From an uncultured Actinomycetota bacterium (lineage in GTDB: Bacteria; Actinomycetota; Actinomycetes; Propionibacteriales; Nocardioidaceae), in the NCBI GenBank assembly GCA_963778095.1, contig CAVZTB010000009.1, positions 56,327-120,326 of the forward strand: a stretch of DNA of 64,000 nt, in the 5' to 3' direction. This document shows, one piece after another, positions 9,900 to 22,301 of the stretch (its first letter is position 1; each line of letters opens with the position of its first letter). Made by a program: the position numbers and the translations under genes. The notes under the pieces were generated by a model, which was given only the letters and a program-made list of their open reading frames with translations, searched no databases and was not told the DNA's origin.

Positions 9900-10389
9900 C
9901 TAGCGCTGGGGCGGCGGAGATCCTCGAACGCGGAGCGCGTCGGCGAGATCGAGCCGCGCCGGCGGACCCGGAGCCAGCCGACCGCGAGGAGGCCGAAGAC
10001 GAGCACGGCCCCGATGCCGCTGAGCAGGCCGTAGGTGGAGCGCTCGTCCGGGGAGCTGCCAGTCGTCGCCGTCGCGGTAGACCGACAGGGTGTCGCCGCT
10101 GTCGGGGTGCGCGAAGCGGCTCTCGAAGTAGATCTGCCCGTCGCGTGCCGTCGGCCAGCCGGAAGCTCACCAGGTAGCCGCGGTCCGTGCCGCGCGGCCC
10201 GCGGTCGCCGCCGACCACCGTGGCGGTCTGCACCTTCGCGTCGGCGGGCACGCGGTGGGCGTCGACGTACTGCCAGATCGGCACGACACCGAAGAACACG
10301 CCGAGCAGCACGATCGCGACGAGGGCGAGCGGTCCGAAGCCCCGGACGCGAGGCGTCGGGCGAGGTCCGGCGGACGGGACGCGTTCCAC
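9900..10389 (-). CDS. Two-TM membrane protein with a short beta-rich middle domain (DUF3592-like topology), frameshifted
   Basis: TM1 is PLALVAIVLLGVFFGVVPIW, the middle reads TATVVG..YLVSFRLADG..SGDTLSVY, and TM2 is GIGAVLVFGLLAVGW. The family assignment is from topology only. Confidence 0.5.
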
Positions 10390-10464
10390 GCGGCGACCCT
10401 ACGACACGGTCGCGGTCAGGAGCCCTCGTAGGATGAGGTGTCCGTCCCCGAACCAGGAGGCCCC

Positions 10465-10707
10465 GTGGCCCGAGTCGTCGTCGACGTCATGCTCAAGCCG
10501 GAGATCCTCGACCCGCAGGGCAAGGCGGTCCAGGGTGCCCTGCCGCGGCTCGGCTTCGAAGGAGTCAGCGAGGTCCGCCAGGGCAAGCGCTTCGAGCTCG
10601 AGGTGGACGGCGAGGTCACCGAGGAGCGGCTGGCGCAGCTCCACGAGATCGCCGAGAAGCTGCTGTCCAACCCGGTGATCGAGGACTTCGAGGTGCACGT
10701 CCCGTGA
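10465..10707 (+). CDS. purS: FGAM synthase subunit PurS
   Basis: [38 protein letters not shown], with an AGGAGG RBS. Confidence 0.97.
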   Translation: MARVVVDVMLKPEILDPQGKAVQGALPRLGFEGVSEVRQGKRFELEVDGEVTEERLAQLHEIAEKLLSNPVIEDFEVHVP

Positions 10708-11371
10708 AGGTCGGCGTCGTCACCTTCCCGGGCTCCCTCGACGACGTCGACGCCCAGCGCGCGGTCCGCGTCGCGGGGCACGAGGTCGTCGCCCTGTGGC
10801 ACCGCGACCACGACCTGCAGGGCGTCGACGCGGTGGTCCTGCCGGGCGGCTTCTCCTACGGCGACTACCTGCGCTGCGGGGCGATCTCCCGCTTCTCGCC
10901 GCTGATGACCGAGATCGTCGCGGGCGCCGGTGCGGGCCTGCCCGTGCTCGGCATCTGCAACGGCTTCCAGGTGCTGTGCGAGTCGCACCTCCTGCCGGGC
11001 GCGCTGGTCCGCAACGAGCGGATGAAGTTCGTCTGCCGGGACCAGCGGCTCCGCATCGAGAGCACGAGCACGCCGTGGACGTCGTCGTTCGAGGACGGCC
11101 AGGAGATCGTCGTGCCGCTCAAGAACGGCGAGGGCTGCTTCGTCGCGTCCGAGGACACCCTCGACCGCGCTCGAGGGGGAGGGCCGGGTCGTGGCCCGCT
11201 ACCTCGGCGCGCAACCCCAACGGCTCGATGCGCGACATCGCCGGGGTGCGCAACGAGCGCGGCAACGTCGTCGGGCTGATGCCGCACCCCGAGCACGCGG
11301 TCGAGGAGGGCTTCGGTCCGGGCGTCGACGGGCTCGGGTTCTTCCGGCTGCTCGAGCAGCTCGTCGGCTGA
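10704..11371 (+). CDS. purQ: FGAM synthase glutaminase subunit PurQ, frameshifted
   Basis: [40 protein letters not shown]. Confidence 0.96.
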
Positions 11372-11402
11372 CCCTGTCGGTGCCGGCTGCCACCCTGGTC
11401 GG

Positions 11403-11760
11403 GTGGTCACCGTGGACGACGTGCGCCGGCTGTGCCTGAGCCTGCCGCGCACCACCGAGCACCTGATCCGGGACCGGGTGAAGTTCCGGGTCAAGCAGCT
11501 CGTCTACGTCTCCTTCTCCCGTGACGAGACCCTGATGGGCTTCGCCTTCCCGCGCGAGGAGCGGGCGGCGCTCGTCGAGGCCGAGCCGGACAAGTTCCGG
11601 ATGCCGTCGACCTCGGACCTGCGCTACCAGTGGGTGGTGGCCGTGCTGGCGGCGCTCGACGAGGACGAGATGACCGAGCTGGTCACCGACGCCTGGACGA
11701 TGGTGCGTGCCGCAGTACGTCGCCCGCGAGCACCTTCGCGGGCTCGAGCAGGCGTCCGGG
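11403..11760 (+). CDS. MmcQ/YjbR family protein (3' end uncertain)
   Basis: DDVRRLCLSLPRTTEHLIRDRVKFRV...WV..L..LDEDEMTELVTDAW. Confidence 0.75.
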
Positions 11761-11766
11761 GGAGGG

Positions 11767-12779
11767 TCAGGCGGAGTAGGCCTTGGCGAGCAGCTCGTAG
11801 GACAGCGCGCGCTCGGCGTTGTCGTGCACCTGCGTGGTGATCACGAGCTCGTCCGCGTCGGCGTAGGTGCGCCGCCGCTCCAGGTCGTCGCGGACCTGCT
11901 CCGGGCGTGCCCACGGACATGAACCGCCGTCGCTGGGCGGCCAGGGCCAGCTCCTGCTCGGTCCAGTCGTGCGCCGCCGCCTCCTCGGCCGTCGGCACCG
12001 GGCCGGGCCGGTTCTGCATCAGCCGCACCATGGCGAGGTCGTTGGCCCGGGCCAGGGCCTCGGCGCGCTCCTCGCTGTCGGAGGCGATCGCCGCGACCCC
12101 GAGGATCACGCGCGGCTCGGACATCCGGGCGGACGGCTCGAAGCCGTCCCGGTAGCCCGCCACCGCCTCCGGCCGGGTCGGCCGACCCGAAGTGCCCCGC
12201 GAACGCGAACCCGGTGCCGAACGCGGCGGCGGCCCGGCCGCCGTACAGGGAGGAGCCGAGGATCCACAGCGGCGGCAGGGGTACGTCGTCCGGGATCGCG
12301 CGCAGCGGCTTGAAGGGGTGCTCGTCGGGGAAGCCGTCGACGTAGGCGAGCAGCTCGGAGAACTGCTGCGGGAACTCGTCGCCGTCGACGCGGCCGCGGC
12401 GCAGCGCGTAGGCGGTGAGCTGGTCGGTGCCGGGCGCCCGGCCGAGCCCGAGGTCGATGCGTCCCGGGTGCAGGCCCTCGAGGACGCGGAACGACTCGGC
12501 CACCGCGAGGGGCGCGTGGTTGGGCAGCATGATGCCGCCGCTGCCCACCCGGATCGTCGAGGTGGCGGCCGCGACGGTCGCGATCATCACCATCGGCGCG
12601 CTGCTGGCGACGCTGCCGATGTTGTGGTGCTCGGCCAGCCAGAAGCGCTGGTAGCCGTAGGACTCGGTCGCCTTGGCCAGCGCGACGGTGTCGTGCAGCG
12701 CCTGCGAGGCCGGTCGTCCCGACGGGATCGGGGACAGGTCGAGCACGGACAGGGGGACGGTCGTCTGGATCGCGGTCAC
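11767..12779 (-). CDS. LLM class flavin-dependent oxidoreductase (luciferase-like), frameshifted
   Basis: [53 protein letters not shown]. Confidence 0.92.
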
Positions 12780-12816
12780 ACCCACCCCGAACGTCGTACG
12801 GCGGGCGGGGATTCCC

Positions 12817-13841
12817 TCACACGACGATCCGGAGCACCTTGTCGCCGCCACCGCCGTTGCTCGTGGTGATCCACAACGACCGGTCGGGCGCCCGCTTCAC
12901 GTTGCGGATCCGGCCGAACGTGCCCTCGAAGTACCGGTGCTTCGTGCGCACGCCCCGCCCGCTGATGTCCACCGACCACAGGCTCTCGCCGCGCAGCGCG
13001 CCGACCCAGGCCCGGCCCTTGAGGGTCGCGACGCCGCTCGGGGAGCAGACGTCGGTGTGCCACTGCACCAACGGGTCGCGGTAGCCGCCGGCGCCGTCCG
13101 TGCCCTCGACCCGCGGCCAGCCGTAGTTGCGGCCCGGCAGGATCCGGTTCAGCTCGTCCCAGGTGTTCTCGCCCAGCTCGGCCGACCAGATCCGGCCGTC
13201 GTCGCCGACCGTGATGCCCTCGACGTTGCGGTGCCCGTAGGAGTAGACCCGGTTGCCGAACGGGTTGCCGCGCTGCGCGGCGCCGTCCGGCCTCAGCCGC
13301 AGCACCTTGCCGGCCAGGCTGTTCCTGTCCTGGGCCAGCGCGCTGTTGCGGGTGTCGCCGGTGGTCGCGAACAGGCTGGGGTAGCGGGTGAACCAGAGCC
13401 CGCCGCCGTTGTGCGTGCTGCCGCTCGGGATGCCGGTGAGGATCGGCTGCGGGGCGCCGGACAGGGCGCCGTCGACGAACCGGATCCGGACGATGCGGTT
13501 GTCGCTGGTGGTGGTCGTGAAGAAGTACACCCAGCGGTCGCGCGAGAACGTCGGCGAGACCGCCACCCCCATCAGGCCGCCCTCGCCGCCGTCGTTGTAG
13601 GCGCCGGGGACCCTGCCCACCACGGAGGCCCCGCCGCCCGGGCGGACCCGGAGCACGCGCCCGCTGTTGCGCTCGCTGACCAGGCCGGTGCCGTCGGGCA
13701 GGAAGTCGATGCCCCACGGGTAGTCGAGAGCCCGGACGCCAGCGTCCGCGACAGCCGGGGTCTGGCCTCCGCGGGCGACGCGGCGACCACCGAGACGGCG
13801 GGGACGACGAGACCGGCCTTGAGCAGGGTGCGACGTTCCAT
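12817..13841 (-). CDS. PQQ-dependent sugar (glucose/sorbosone) dehydrogenase family protein with a Tat-type signal
   Basis: MERRTLLK signal, [45 protein letters not shown]. Confidence 0.9.
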
Positions 13842-13980
13842 CGCCCCACCGTCACACGAGCGGCGCCGCGAGTAAACGCCTCCGCCCGGAATCTCGCGGC
13901 GTGCGCCCGGGGCCTCGCCGGGCGGGCGTAGCCTCGGCTCGACAGCGAGACAGGACAGCACGACGAGACGGAGACCGACG

Positions 13981-15314
13981 GTGACTGGCGACCTGGACCC
14001 GGCCCAGCTGGAGCGACTGGCCAAGGAGTTCGACGCGGATCCCGCGCAACCGGCTGCTGCAGAACGCGGTCACCCGCAACAAGGTCGACCAGGTGGCGCG
14101 CGACCACCGCGTCGCCGTCGCCCTGGACCGCTCGGTGTCGCACCAGCTCGACGACTGGTCGGTCACCAACCAGAAGCAGAGCGGTCGGTGCTGGATGTTC
14201 GCCGGCCTCAACCTGCTGCGGGTCGGGGCCGCGAAGGAGCTCGGCCTCAAGGACTTCGAGTTCTCCCAGGCCCACCTGCAGTTCTGGGACCGGCTGGAGA
14301 AGGCGAACTTCTGGCTCGAGCAGGTCATCGCCACCGCCGACCGCGACGTCGACGACCGCACCGTCGCGCACCTGATGAGCACCCCCGCCGAGGACGGCGG
14401 GCAGTGGAACATGTTCGTCGCCCTGGTCCGCAAGCACGGCCTGGTGCCCAAGTCGGTGATGCCGGAGACGGTCTCGTCGTCGAACACCGCGCAGCTCAAC
14501 CGCGACCTGTCGGCCGTGCTCCGCCAGGCGGCCCGGGACCTCCGTGCGGCGGCGGCCGGTGAGTCGGCCGACGGCTCGCCGAGGTCAAGGCCGCAGGCCC
14601 TGGACGTCGTGCACCGGATGCTGTGCCTGCACCTCGGCACGCCGCCCGACCTCGTTCTGGTGGCAGTGGCGCGACAAGGACAAGGGCTTCCACCGCGACG
14701 GCGCGCTGACCCCGCAGGAGTTCGCCGAGCGCTACGCGACCCTGCCGATCGACGACTACGTCTGCATCGTGCACGACCCGCGACCGAGCAGCGAGGTCGG
14801 CCGCACCTACACCGTCGAGGCCCTCGGCAACGTGGTCGGCTCGCCGCCGGTGACCTACCTCAACGTCGACATCGACGTGGTCAAGCAGCTCGCGGCGGAC
14901 GCCATCGTCGGCGGCGAGCCGGTGTGGTTCGGCTGCGACGTCGGCCAGATGTACGACAGCGAGAACGGTCTGTGGGACGCGACGCTCTACGACTACGACA
15001 GCCTCTACGGGCACACCACCGACCTGGGCAAGGCCGACCGGCTGCTCCACCAGGGCACCGCGATGACGCACGCGATGCTGCTCACCGGTGTCGACGTCCT
15101 CGACGGCACGCCCCGCCGCTGGCGGGTCGAGAACTCGTGGGGCGACGAGAAGGCCGACAAGGGCTTCTGGACCATGGACGACTCGTGGTTCGCCGAGCAC
15201 GTCTTCGAGATCGCCGTACGCCGGGACGCGCTGCCGGCCGACCTGGCCGCCCGCGTCGACGACGACCCGATCGTGCTGCCGGCCTGGGACCCGATGGGCG
15301 CCCTGGCCCGCTGA
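13981..15314 (+). CDS. pepC: Aminopeptidase C / bleomycin hydrolase (peptidase C1B), frameshifted
   Basis: [16 protein letters not shown] (catalytic Cys), [15 protein letters not shown] (His), WRVENSWG (Asn), WDPMGAL terminus. Confidence 0.93.
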
Positions 15315-15362
15315 GTCGGGCGGGCGCGAGGCGACGCGGGCCGCCGCCGGTAGATTGGCGCC

Positions 15363-17655
15363 GTGACCGAGACCTCGCCCCGCCTCCGCACGGACACCGT
15401 CGAGACGGCCGTCTCCACCCCCGACCACGAGCAGCCCTGGTCCGACCTCGGCCTCAAGCCCGACGAGTACGCCGAGATCCGCGAGATCCTCGGCCGCCGG
15501 CCGACGTCGTCGGAGCTGGCGATGTACTCCGTGATGTGGAGCGAGCACTGCTCCTACAAGTCGTCCAAGGTGCACCTCAAGCAGTTCGGCGACAACGTCA
15601 CCGACGCGATGCGCGAGCACCTGATGGTCGGCATCGGCGAGAACGCCGGCGTCGTCGACATCGGCGACGGCTACGCCGTGACGTTCAAGATCGAGTCGCA
15701 CAACCACCCGTCCTACGTCGAGCCCTACCAGGGCGCCGCGACCGGCGTCGGCGGCATCGTCCGCGACATCCTCGCGATGGGCGCCCGGCCGGTCGCCGTG
15801 ATGGACCCGCTGCGCTTCGGCCCCCTCGACGCCCCCGACACCCACCGGGTGCTGCCCGGGATCGTGGCGGGCGTCGGCGGCTACGGCAACTGCCTCGGCC
15901 TCCCGAACATCGGCGGCGAGGCGGTCTTCGACGCGACGTACGCCGGCAACCCGCTGGTCAACGCGCTCTGCATCGGCGTCATGCGCCACGAGCAGATCCA
16001 CCTCGCCAAGGCGTCCGGCGCCGGCAACCAGGTGATCCTGTACGGCGCGCGCACCGGCGGCGACGGCATCGGCGGCGTCAGCGTCCTCGCGTCGGAGACC
16101 TTCGAGTCGACCGGCCCGGCCAAGCGGCCCAGCGTGCAGGTGGGCGACCCGTTCCAGGAGAAGCTGCTGATCGAGTGCACGCTCGAGATCTTCGCCGAGG
16201 AGCTCGTCGTCGGCATCCAGGACCTCGGCGGCGCCGGGCTGTCCTGCGCGACCTCCGAGCTGGCGTCCGCGGGCGACGGCGGCATGCACGTGTGGCTCGA
16301 CCGGGTGCCGCTGCGCGACTCCACGCTGGCGCCCGAGGAGATCCTCATGTCGGAGTCGCAGGAGCGGATGATGGCGGTCGTCGAGCCGGCCGACGTCGCG
16401 CGCTTCCTGGAGATCTGCGAGAAGTGGGACGTGGAGGCCGTCGTCGTCGGCGAGGTCGACGACTCCGGCCGGCTGACCATCGAGTGGCACGGCGAGACCG
16501 TCGTCGACGTGCCGCCGCGGTCGGTGGCGCACGACGGCCCGACCTACCAGCGGCCCTTCGCCCGGCCGTCCTGGCAGGACGCGCTGCAGGCCGACGACGG
16601 CGCCGCGCTCGCCCGGCCGTCGACCGGCGACGAGCTGCGCGACACGCTGCTGCGGCTGGTCGCGTCGCCGAACCTCTGCGACAAGTCCTGGATCACCGAC
16701 CAGTACGACCGCTACGTGCAGGGCAACACCGTCCTCGCGCAGCCGGAGGACTCCGGCATGGTGCGCGTCGACGCGGACACCGGTCTCGGCGTCGCGGTCT
16801 CCACCGACTGCAACGGCCGCTTCGCGATGCTCGACCCGTTCACGGGCGCCCAGCTCGCCCTGGCCGAGTCGTTCCGCAACGTCGCGACCTCGGGCGCCCG
16901 GCCCCTCGCGATCAGCGACTGCCTCAACTTCGGCTCGCCCGAGGACCCCGACGTGATGTGGCAGTTCGCCGAGGCCACGCGCGGTCTCGCGGAGGGCTGC
17001 CGGGCCCTCGGCATCCCGGTGACCGGCGGCAACGTGTCAGCCTCTACAACCAGACCGGTGAGACCGCGATCCTGCCCACGCCGGTCGTCGCCGTGCTCGG
17101 TGTGATCGCCGACGTGGCGCGCCGTACGCCTTCGGGGTTCGCGGCCGAGGGGCAGCACGGTCTACCTGCTCGGCACCACCCGCGACGAGCTGTGCGGCTC
17201 CGAGTGGGCGCACGTCGTGCACGGCCACCTCGGCGGCCTGCCCCCGCAGGTCGACCTGGCCCACGAGCGACTGCTGGCCGACGTGCTGCTCGACGCCGCG
17301 CGCGACGGCCTGGTCGTCGGCCGCCCACGACCTCTCCGACGGCGGCCTCGCGCAGGCGCTCGTGGAGTCCTGCCTGCGGCACGACGTCGGCGTCCGGGTC
17401 TCGCTGCCCGACGGGCTCGACCCGTTCGTGGCGCTGTTCAGCGAGTCGGCCGGCCGCGCGGTCGTGGCGGTGCCGCCGGAGCAGGAGGAGCGGTTCACCG
17501 CCCTGTGCGCCGAGCGTGGGCTCGCGCACGCCCGCCTCGGCGTCACCGACGGCACCGGCCCGGAGGCGGTGCTCGACGTGCAGGGCCAGTTCACCCTGCC
17601 CCTCGCCGAGATCCGGCAGGTCTGGTCCGCGACCCTCCCCGCCGCCCTCGGCTGA
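15363..17655 (+). CDS. purL: FGAM synthase subunit PurL, frameshifted in its last third
   Basis: [63 protein letters not shown]. Confidence 0.97.
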
Positions 17656-17663
17656 GGCGCAAC

Positions 17664-17707
17664 GGGGGAGATCCGACCGATTCGCCGCGTTACGGCGGAT
17701 CTGCCCC
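17664..17707 (+). terminator. Imperfect inverted repeat downstream of purL (possible terminator)
   Basis: GGGGAGATCCG...CGGATCTGCCCC begins just after the purL stop. There is no U-tract. Confidence 0.45.
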
Positions 17708-17823
17708 TAGCCTGGTCGCGACGACGGAACGCCTCGCGGCTCCTCGACTCGCCTGCGGACTCGGCCGCACCCGCCGCGGGCGCCACCACGCGACACCGGT
17801 CGCCCGAGGGAGCGGAGCACGCC

Positions 17824-20362
17824 ATGACCTCCGCCATCGTGCTGCCCGTCGACGATCCAGCAGCGCCCGCCGGCCGAGGCCGACGAGCCCGCGCGCCCCT
17901 CGACGATCCCGCCGGAGCTCGCCGAGCAGCTGCCGGCCGCGGTCTACACCGCGTGCACCGGCGCCGACGGCGCCTGGCTCTACGCCAGCCCGCAGATCGA
18001 GGCGATCCTCGGCTACCGCCCGCAGGAGTTCGTCGACGACCCCGGGCTCTGGGCCAGCCTGCTGCACCCCGACGACCGGGACTGGATCCTCGACGCCGAG
18101 GAGGCCGCGCACGCTCCCGAGCTGCGCCGGTCCTACGCGGAGTACCGCCTGATCGCCCGCGACGGCCGCGTGGTCTGGGTGCTCGACGACATCACGGTGC
18201 TGCACGAGCCCGGCCACGGCTCCGTGCAGCACGGACTGCTGTTCGACATCACCGCCCGCAAGCGCACCGAGCTGCTGCTCGCCGAGCAGGCCGCGCTGAT
18301 GGAGCACGTCGCGCGCGGCGGCACGCTCGGCGACACCCTGCAGGCGCTCGCGGACTCGCGTCCTCCGGGTGACCGGCGCCCGGGGTTGTGCCGTGGTGGT
18401 GGACCCGGTCGAGGACGGCCCCGACCGCGAGGCACGCACGCTACGTCGCCGGAGCGCCGCACCCGGCCCACGCGGACGACGCCGGCGAGCCACGGACACC
18501 GGGCGGGTCGCCTTCGCGGACCTCGACGGGGTGCCGCTGGGACACCTCGTGCTGACCGGGCTGCCGGCCGGGCCCGGCCTCCGGCGACGAGGACGGGGCA
18601 CCGGCGCTCGGCTGGGCCGGCCGCATCGCGGCGCTGGCGGTGGGCCGCTCGCGTCAGGAGCAGCGAGAGGCCCGCTCCTACTCGCTGCTCGAGGCCACCC
18701 TGGAGTCGACCGCCGACGGCATCCTGGTCGTGGACAGCTCCGGCCGGATCGCCGGCTTCAACAGCAAGTTCGGCCGGATGTGGAACATCCCCCAGCAGCT
18801 CATGGAGGCCGCCGACGACGACGCGCTGCTGTCCTACGTGATGGCCCAGCTCGCGGACCCGGAGGACTTCATGCGCGAGGTGCGCCGGCTCTACGCGCAC
18901 CCCGACCAGTCCAGCGTCGAGGAGCTCGCCTTCGCCGACGGGCGCGTGTTCGAGAGGTACAGCCAGCCGCAGCTGCTCGACGACGTCCCGGTCGGCCGGG
19001 TCTGGAGCTTCCGGGACGTCACCGACTACCGCCAGCTCGAGTCCGAGCTGCGCCACCAGGCGCACACCGACGCGCTCACCGGGCTGGCCAACCGGCACCG
19101 GTTCATGGACGAGCTGTCGGGCCTCGCCGGCGGGGGCGTCGCCGGGGTCGCCACCGGGCACGCCCTGCTGCTCATCGACGTCGACGACTTCAAGACCGTC
19201 AACGACGGCCTCGGGCACGTCGCGGGCGACGCCGATGCTGGTCGCCCTGGCCGAGCGGGTCGCGGACTGCGTGGGCGAGGGCGACGTCGCGGCCCGTCTC
19301 GGCGGCGACGAGTTCGCGGTCCTGCTGGGCGACGCCACGGGACGACGCCTGCGGGGTCGCCGACCGGATCATCGAGCGCCTCGCGGAACCCGTCGACCTC
19401 GACGGCCGCCGGCTGTCGATCCGGGCCAGCATCGGGATCGCGATGACCGACGACGCGACCCCGGCCCTCGACCTGGTGCGCAACGCGGACCTCGCGATGT
19501 ACACCGCCAAGCGCGACGGCGGCGCCTGCCACCGGTTGTACGTCGACACGATGCACGACGCGGCCATCGCGCGGCTCGACCTCACCGCGGACCTGGACCG
19601 CACGCTCGACGAGGGCGCGCTCGACGTGGTCTACCAGCCCGTGGTCCTGCTCGGCAGCCGGGACGATCACCGGCTTCGAGGCGCTGGCCCGCTGGCAGCA
19701 CCCGCTGCTCGGTGCCGATCTCGCCGACCGAGTTCATCCCGCTGGCCGAGGAGACCGGCCTGATCGACCGGCTGGGCCACTTCGTGCTGTCCCGCGTGTG
19801 CGCCGACCTCGCCGCGTGGCGGCAGGAGCTCGGGCCGGACGCCGTACCCGTGGTGAGCGTGAACCTGTCACCGCAACAGCTGGCCGACCCGCACCTGCCG
19901 CGGCTGGTGGGAGCGGCGCTGAAGGCCACGGGCGTCCCCGCCGACCGGCTGTGCCTGGAGGTCACCGAGAGCGGGCTGGGCGGCTCGGACGTCGAGGTGA
20001 CCCGGGCCCTCCGGCAGATCCGCGACCTGGGGGTGCAGCTCGTCGCTCGACGACTTCGGGACCGGGCACTCGTCGCTGTCGCGGCTCGGCGGCTACCCGT
20101 TCGACGTGGTGAAGATCGACCGCAGCTTCGTGTCCCGGCTCGCCGACGGGGTCCAGGACCGGGCCGTCGTGCGAGGCGGTCGTGCGGCTGGCCGCGGCCT
20201 TCACGCTGGACGTGGTCGCCGAGGGCGTCGAGACCTCGGAGCAGGCCGACATCCTCGCCGGGCTCGGGTGCGAGCGCGTGCAGGGCTTCCTGTTCTCGCG
20301 CCCGGTCCCCGGCTGCGGCCGCGCTCGACCTGCTGCGCTCCGCCACCGTCTTCTCCCGCTGA
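17824..20362 (+). CDS. PAS-PAS-GGDEF-EAL c-di-GMP signalling protein, frameshifted
   Basis: PAS motifs ([20 protein letters not shown]; [12 protein letters not shown]), [66 protein letters not shown]. Confidence 0.92.
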
Positions 20363-20368
20363 GCAGGG

Positions 20369-21733
20369 TCAGGCGGTCCCGGCGAGCAGGCGGGTCCAGA
20401 CGGCCGGGGTCACCACGCCGGTCTGCGGCAGCGCGTGGTCCTTCTGGTAGCGCTTCACGGCGGCGGTCGTGCGCGCCTCGAAGACACCGGTCACCGCGAG
20501 ACCCGCGCCGTCGGCGGCGTTCAGCGCCCGCTGCAGCCGGCGTACGGCGTCGGACGCGGCGCCGTACTTCAGCAGCGGCGTCGTGCCCTGGGACAGCATC
20601 GCGACCCAGACCCGGCGGCCGACCGTGCCGCGCGGCGGGCAGCCCGTGCGCGGCGCGGTACTGGCGGGCCGCGGCGGCCGACCGGTGCGTCGTACACGCC
20701 GTCGACGGCGCCGCGCGTAGAGCTTCTGCTCCGTGAGCAGGCACTGGGCGGCCTTGACCAGGGCGCCGGTGTGCCCGACGCGGCGGTAGGGGTAGCGCGA
20801 GGCGCTCAGCGCGACGCCCGCCGCACCGGCTGCGCTCGCGGGGCGCGACCGAGCCGCGGCCGAGGTCGACCCAGTTGTTGTCGATGTTGATCGTGACGCC
20901 GCCGTAGGTCTCGTTGTGCCCGCCGCGGTACTGGTGCACCCGGCGGTGCGGCGTCCAGCCGTCGCTGCGCAGGTAGGTCGAGCCGGTGTCGGCGCGGCCG
21001 TTCCAGTCGGCGACCCAGAGGTGGTCGGGCATCACGTAGGCGCCGGGGCGCGTGGCGCGGGCGTCGTCGAGCATCTTGATGCCGGAGGCGGCGCTGGAGT
21101 AGACGCCGGAGACGTAGCCGCGGGCGTGCAGCTGCTGGGTCCAGGACGGACAGGAACGTCAGCGCCGACTCGCGGCAGTCGGTCTTGGAGGTGGCGAAGG
21201 CCTCGAGGTCGTACCACAGCGTGCTGCCGGCGGAGATGCCGAGCGCCTGGGCGGCCGCGACCGTCTTGTCGGCCTCGGCGCGGCCCTGGTTGCGGGCGGC
21301 GGCGTAGGTGCCGGTCGACGACGGGCTGATCCGCACCTGGTCGCAGGTAGCGCTCGCGGGTGGTGCACGAGGCCTGCGGGCCGAGGGTGATCGGCAGCAG
21401 CCGCCAGCCCTTCGCGAGCTGGGTGCTGACCCAGGTCGGGGACAGGTTCGGCTGGCTCAGGCAGCCGCGGGAGTCGCCGGAGATGTAGATGCCGACGGCC
21501 CAGTACGGCGAGCTGGTCAGCCAGGCGTCCATGGACCGCTGGGTCGGCGCCGTGCACTGGTCGAAGCCGTAGCCCGGTGAAGCTGCCCGGGCGTCACCCG
21601 GTTGCCGGCGGCGGCCGGCGACGCGAGCACCAGGCCCGGCGGCCAGCGTGGCCAGACCGGTCAGCGCGACCGTCGCGGTGCGGGCGAGGGACGCGAGGAT
21701 CCGGCGTCGCGGGGACCGGGACGTGGGACGCAT
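20369..21733 (-). CDS. Secreted DUF1906/GH25-like (Rv2525c-type) glycoside hydrolase with C-terminal peptidoglycan-binding domains, frameshifted
   Basis: Signal peptide, GFDQCTAP, AVGIYISG, WYDLEA, HQYRGGHNETYGGVTINID; the C-terminus has VRRLQRALN..G.F...T..AV..YQ...L..TG.V. Confidence 0.85.
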
Positions 21734-21772
21734 GGGGGACTCCAGGGGCAGCTCGGTCCGGCAGAAGCAGGA

Positions 21773-21804
21773 GTCACTCTAGTCACAAAATCACCAAACG
21801 TAAC
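21773..21804. promoter_or_regulatory. Four GTCAC-like direct repeats upstream of the cell-wall hydrolase
   Basis: GTCAC at 21773 and 21782, ATCAC at 21790 and GTAAC at 21800, within an AT-rich patch. Confidence 0.5.
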
Positions 21805-21877
21805 AAGGGTCGCCGGAACTGCTCGTGAATGACACGCCGGTAGTTCCGGGCCTCGGGCGACGAGGGATGATCGACCT

Positions 21878-22247
21878 GTGCCGATCCGTCTCCGCCCCGC
21901 CGACCCCGCGCTGGTCGGGCCCGCGCTCGACCGGTTCCGCTCCGGCGCCGCGGACTCGCGACGACCTCCGGCTGCTGACCAAGCACCTGCTCGCGCTGCT
22001 CGTCGCCAAGGCGCCGGGCGGTGCGGTCGAGGTGCGCGTGCCGCCGTACGCCGCGGCCCAGTGCCTGCAGGGCACCCGGCACACGCGGGGCACCCCGCCG
22101 GCCGCCGTGGAGATGGACGCGGCCACCTGGATCGCGCTCGGCGATCGGCGACCTGGACTGGTCGGAGGCCGAGCGGCGACGGCCGGCGTGACCGCGTCCG
22201 GCGAGCGCTCCGACCTGGGCCATCTGCTGCCCCTCGTCACCGGCTGA
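21878..22247 (+). CDS. Bacterial sterol-carrier (SCP_3) family protein, frameshifted
   Basis: APGGAVEVRVPPYAAAQCLQGTRHTRGTPPAAVEMDAATWIAL...ASGERSDL. Confidence 0.85.
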
Positions 22248-22301
22248 GCGACCCGTCCCGGCCCGGCGCCGTCCGGCCGCCGCGCCTCGTAGGGTGTCGC
22301 C

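Noticed and set aside
10390-10464. Purine or ZTP riboswitch before purS (also checked before purL and purF)
   Set aside because: The leaders are too short and show no recognisable consensus.
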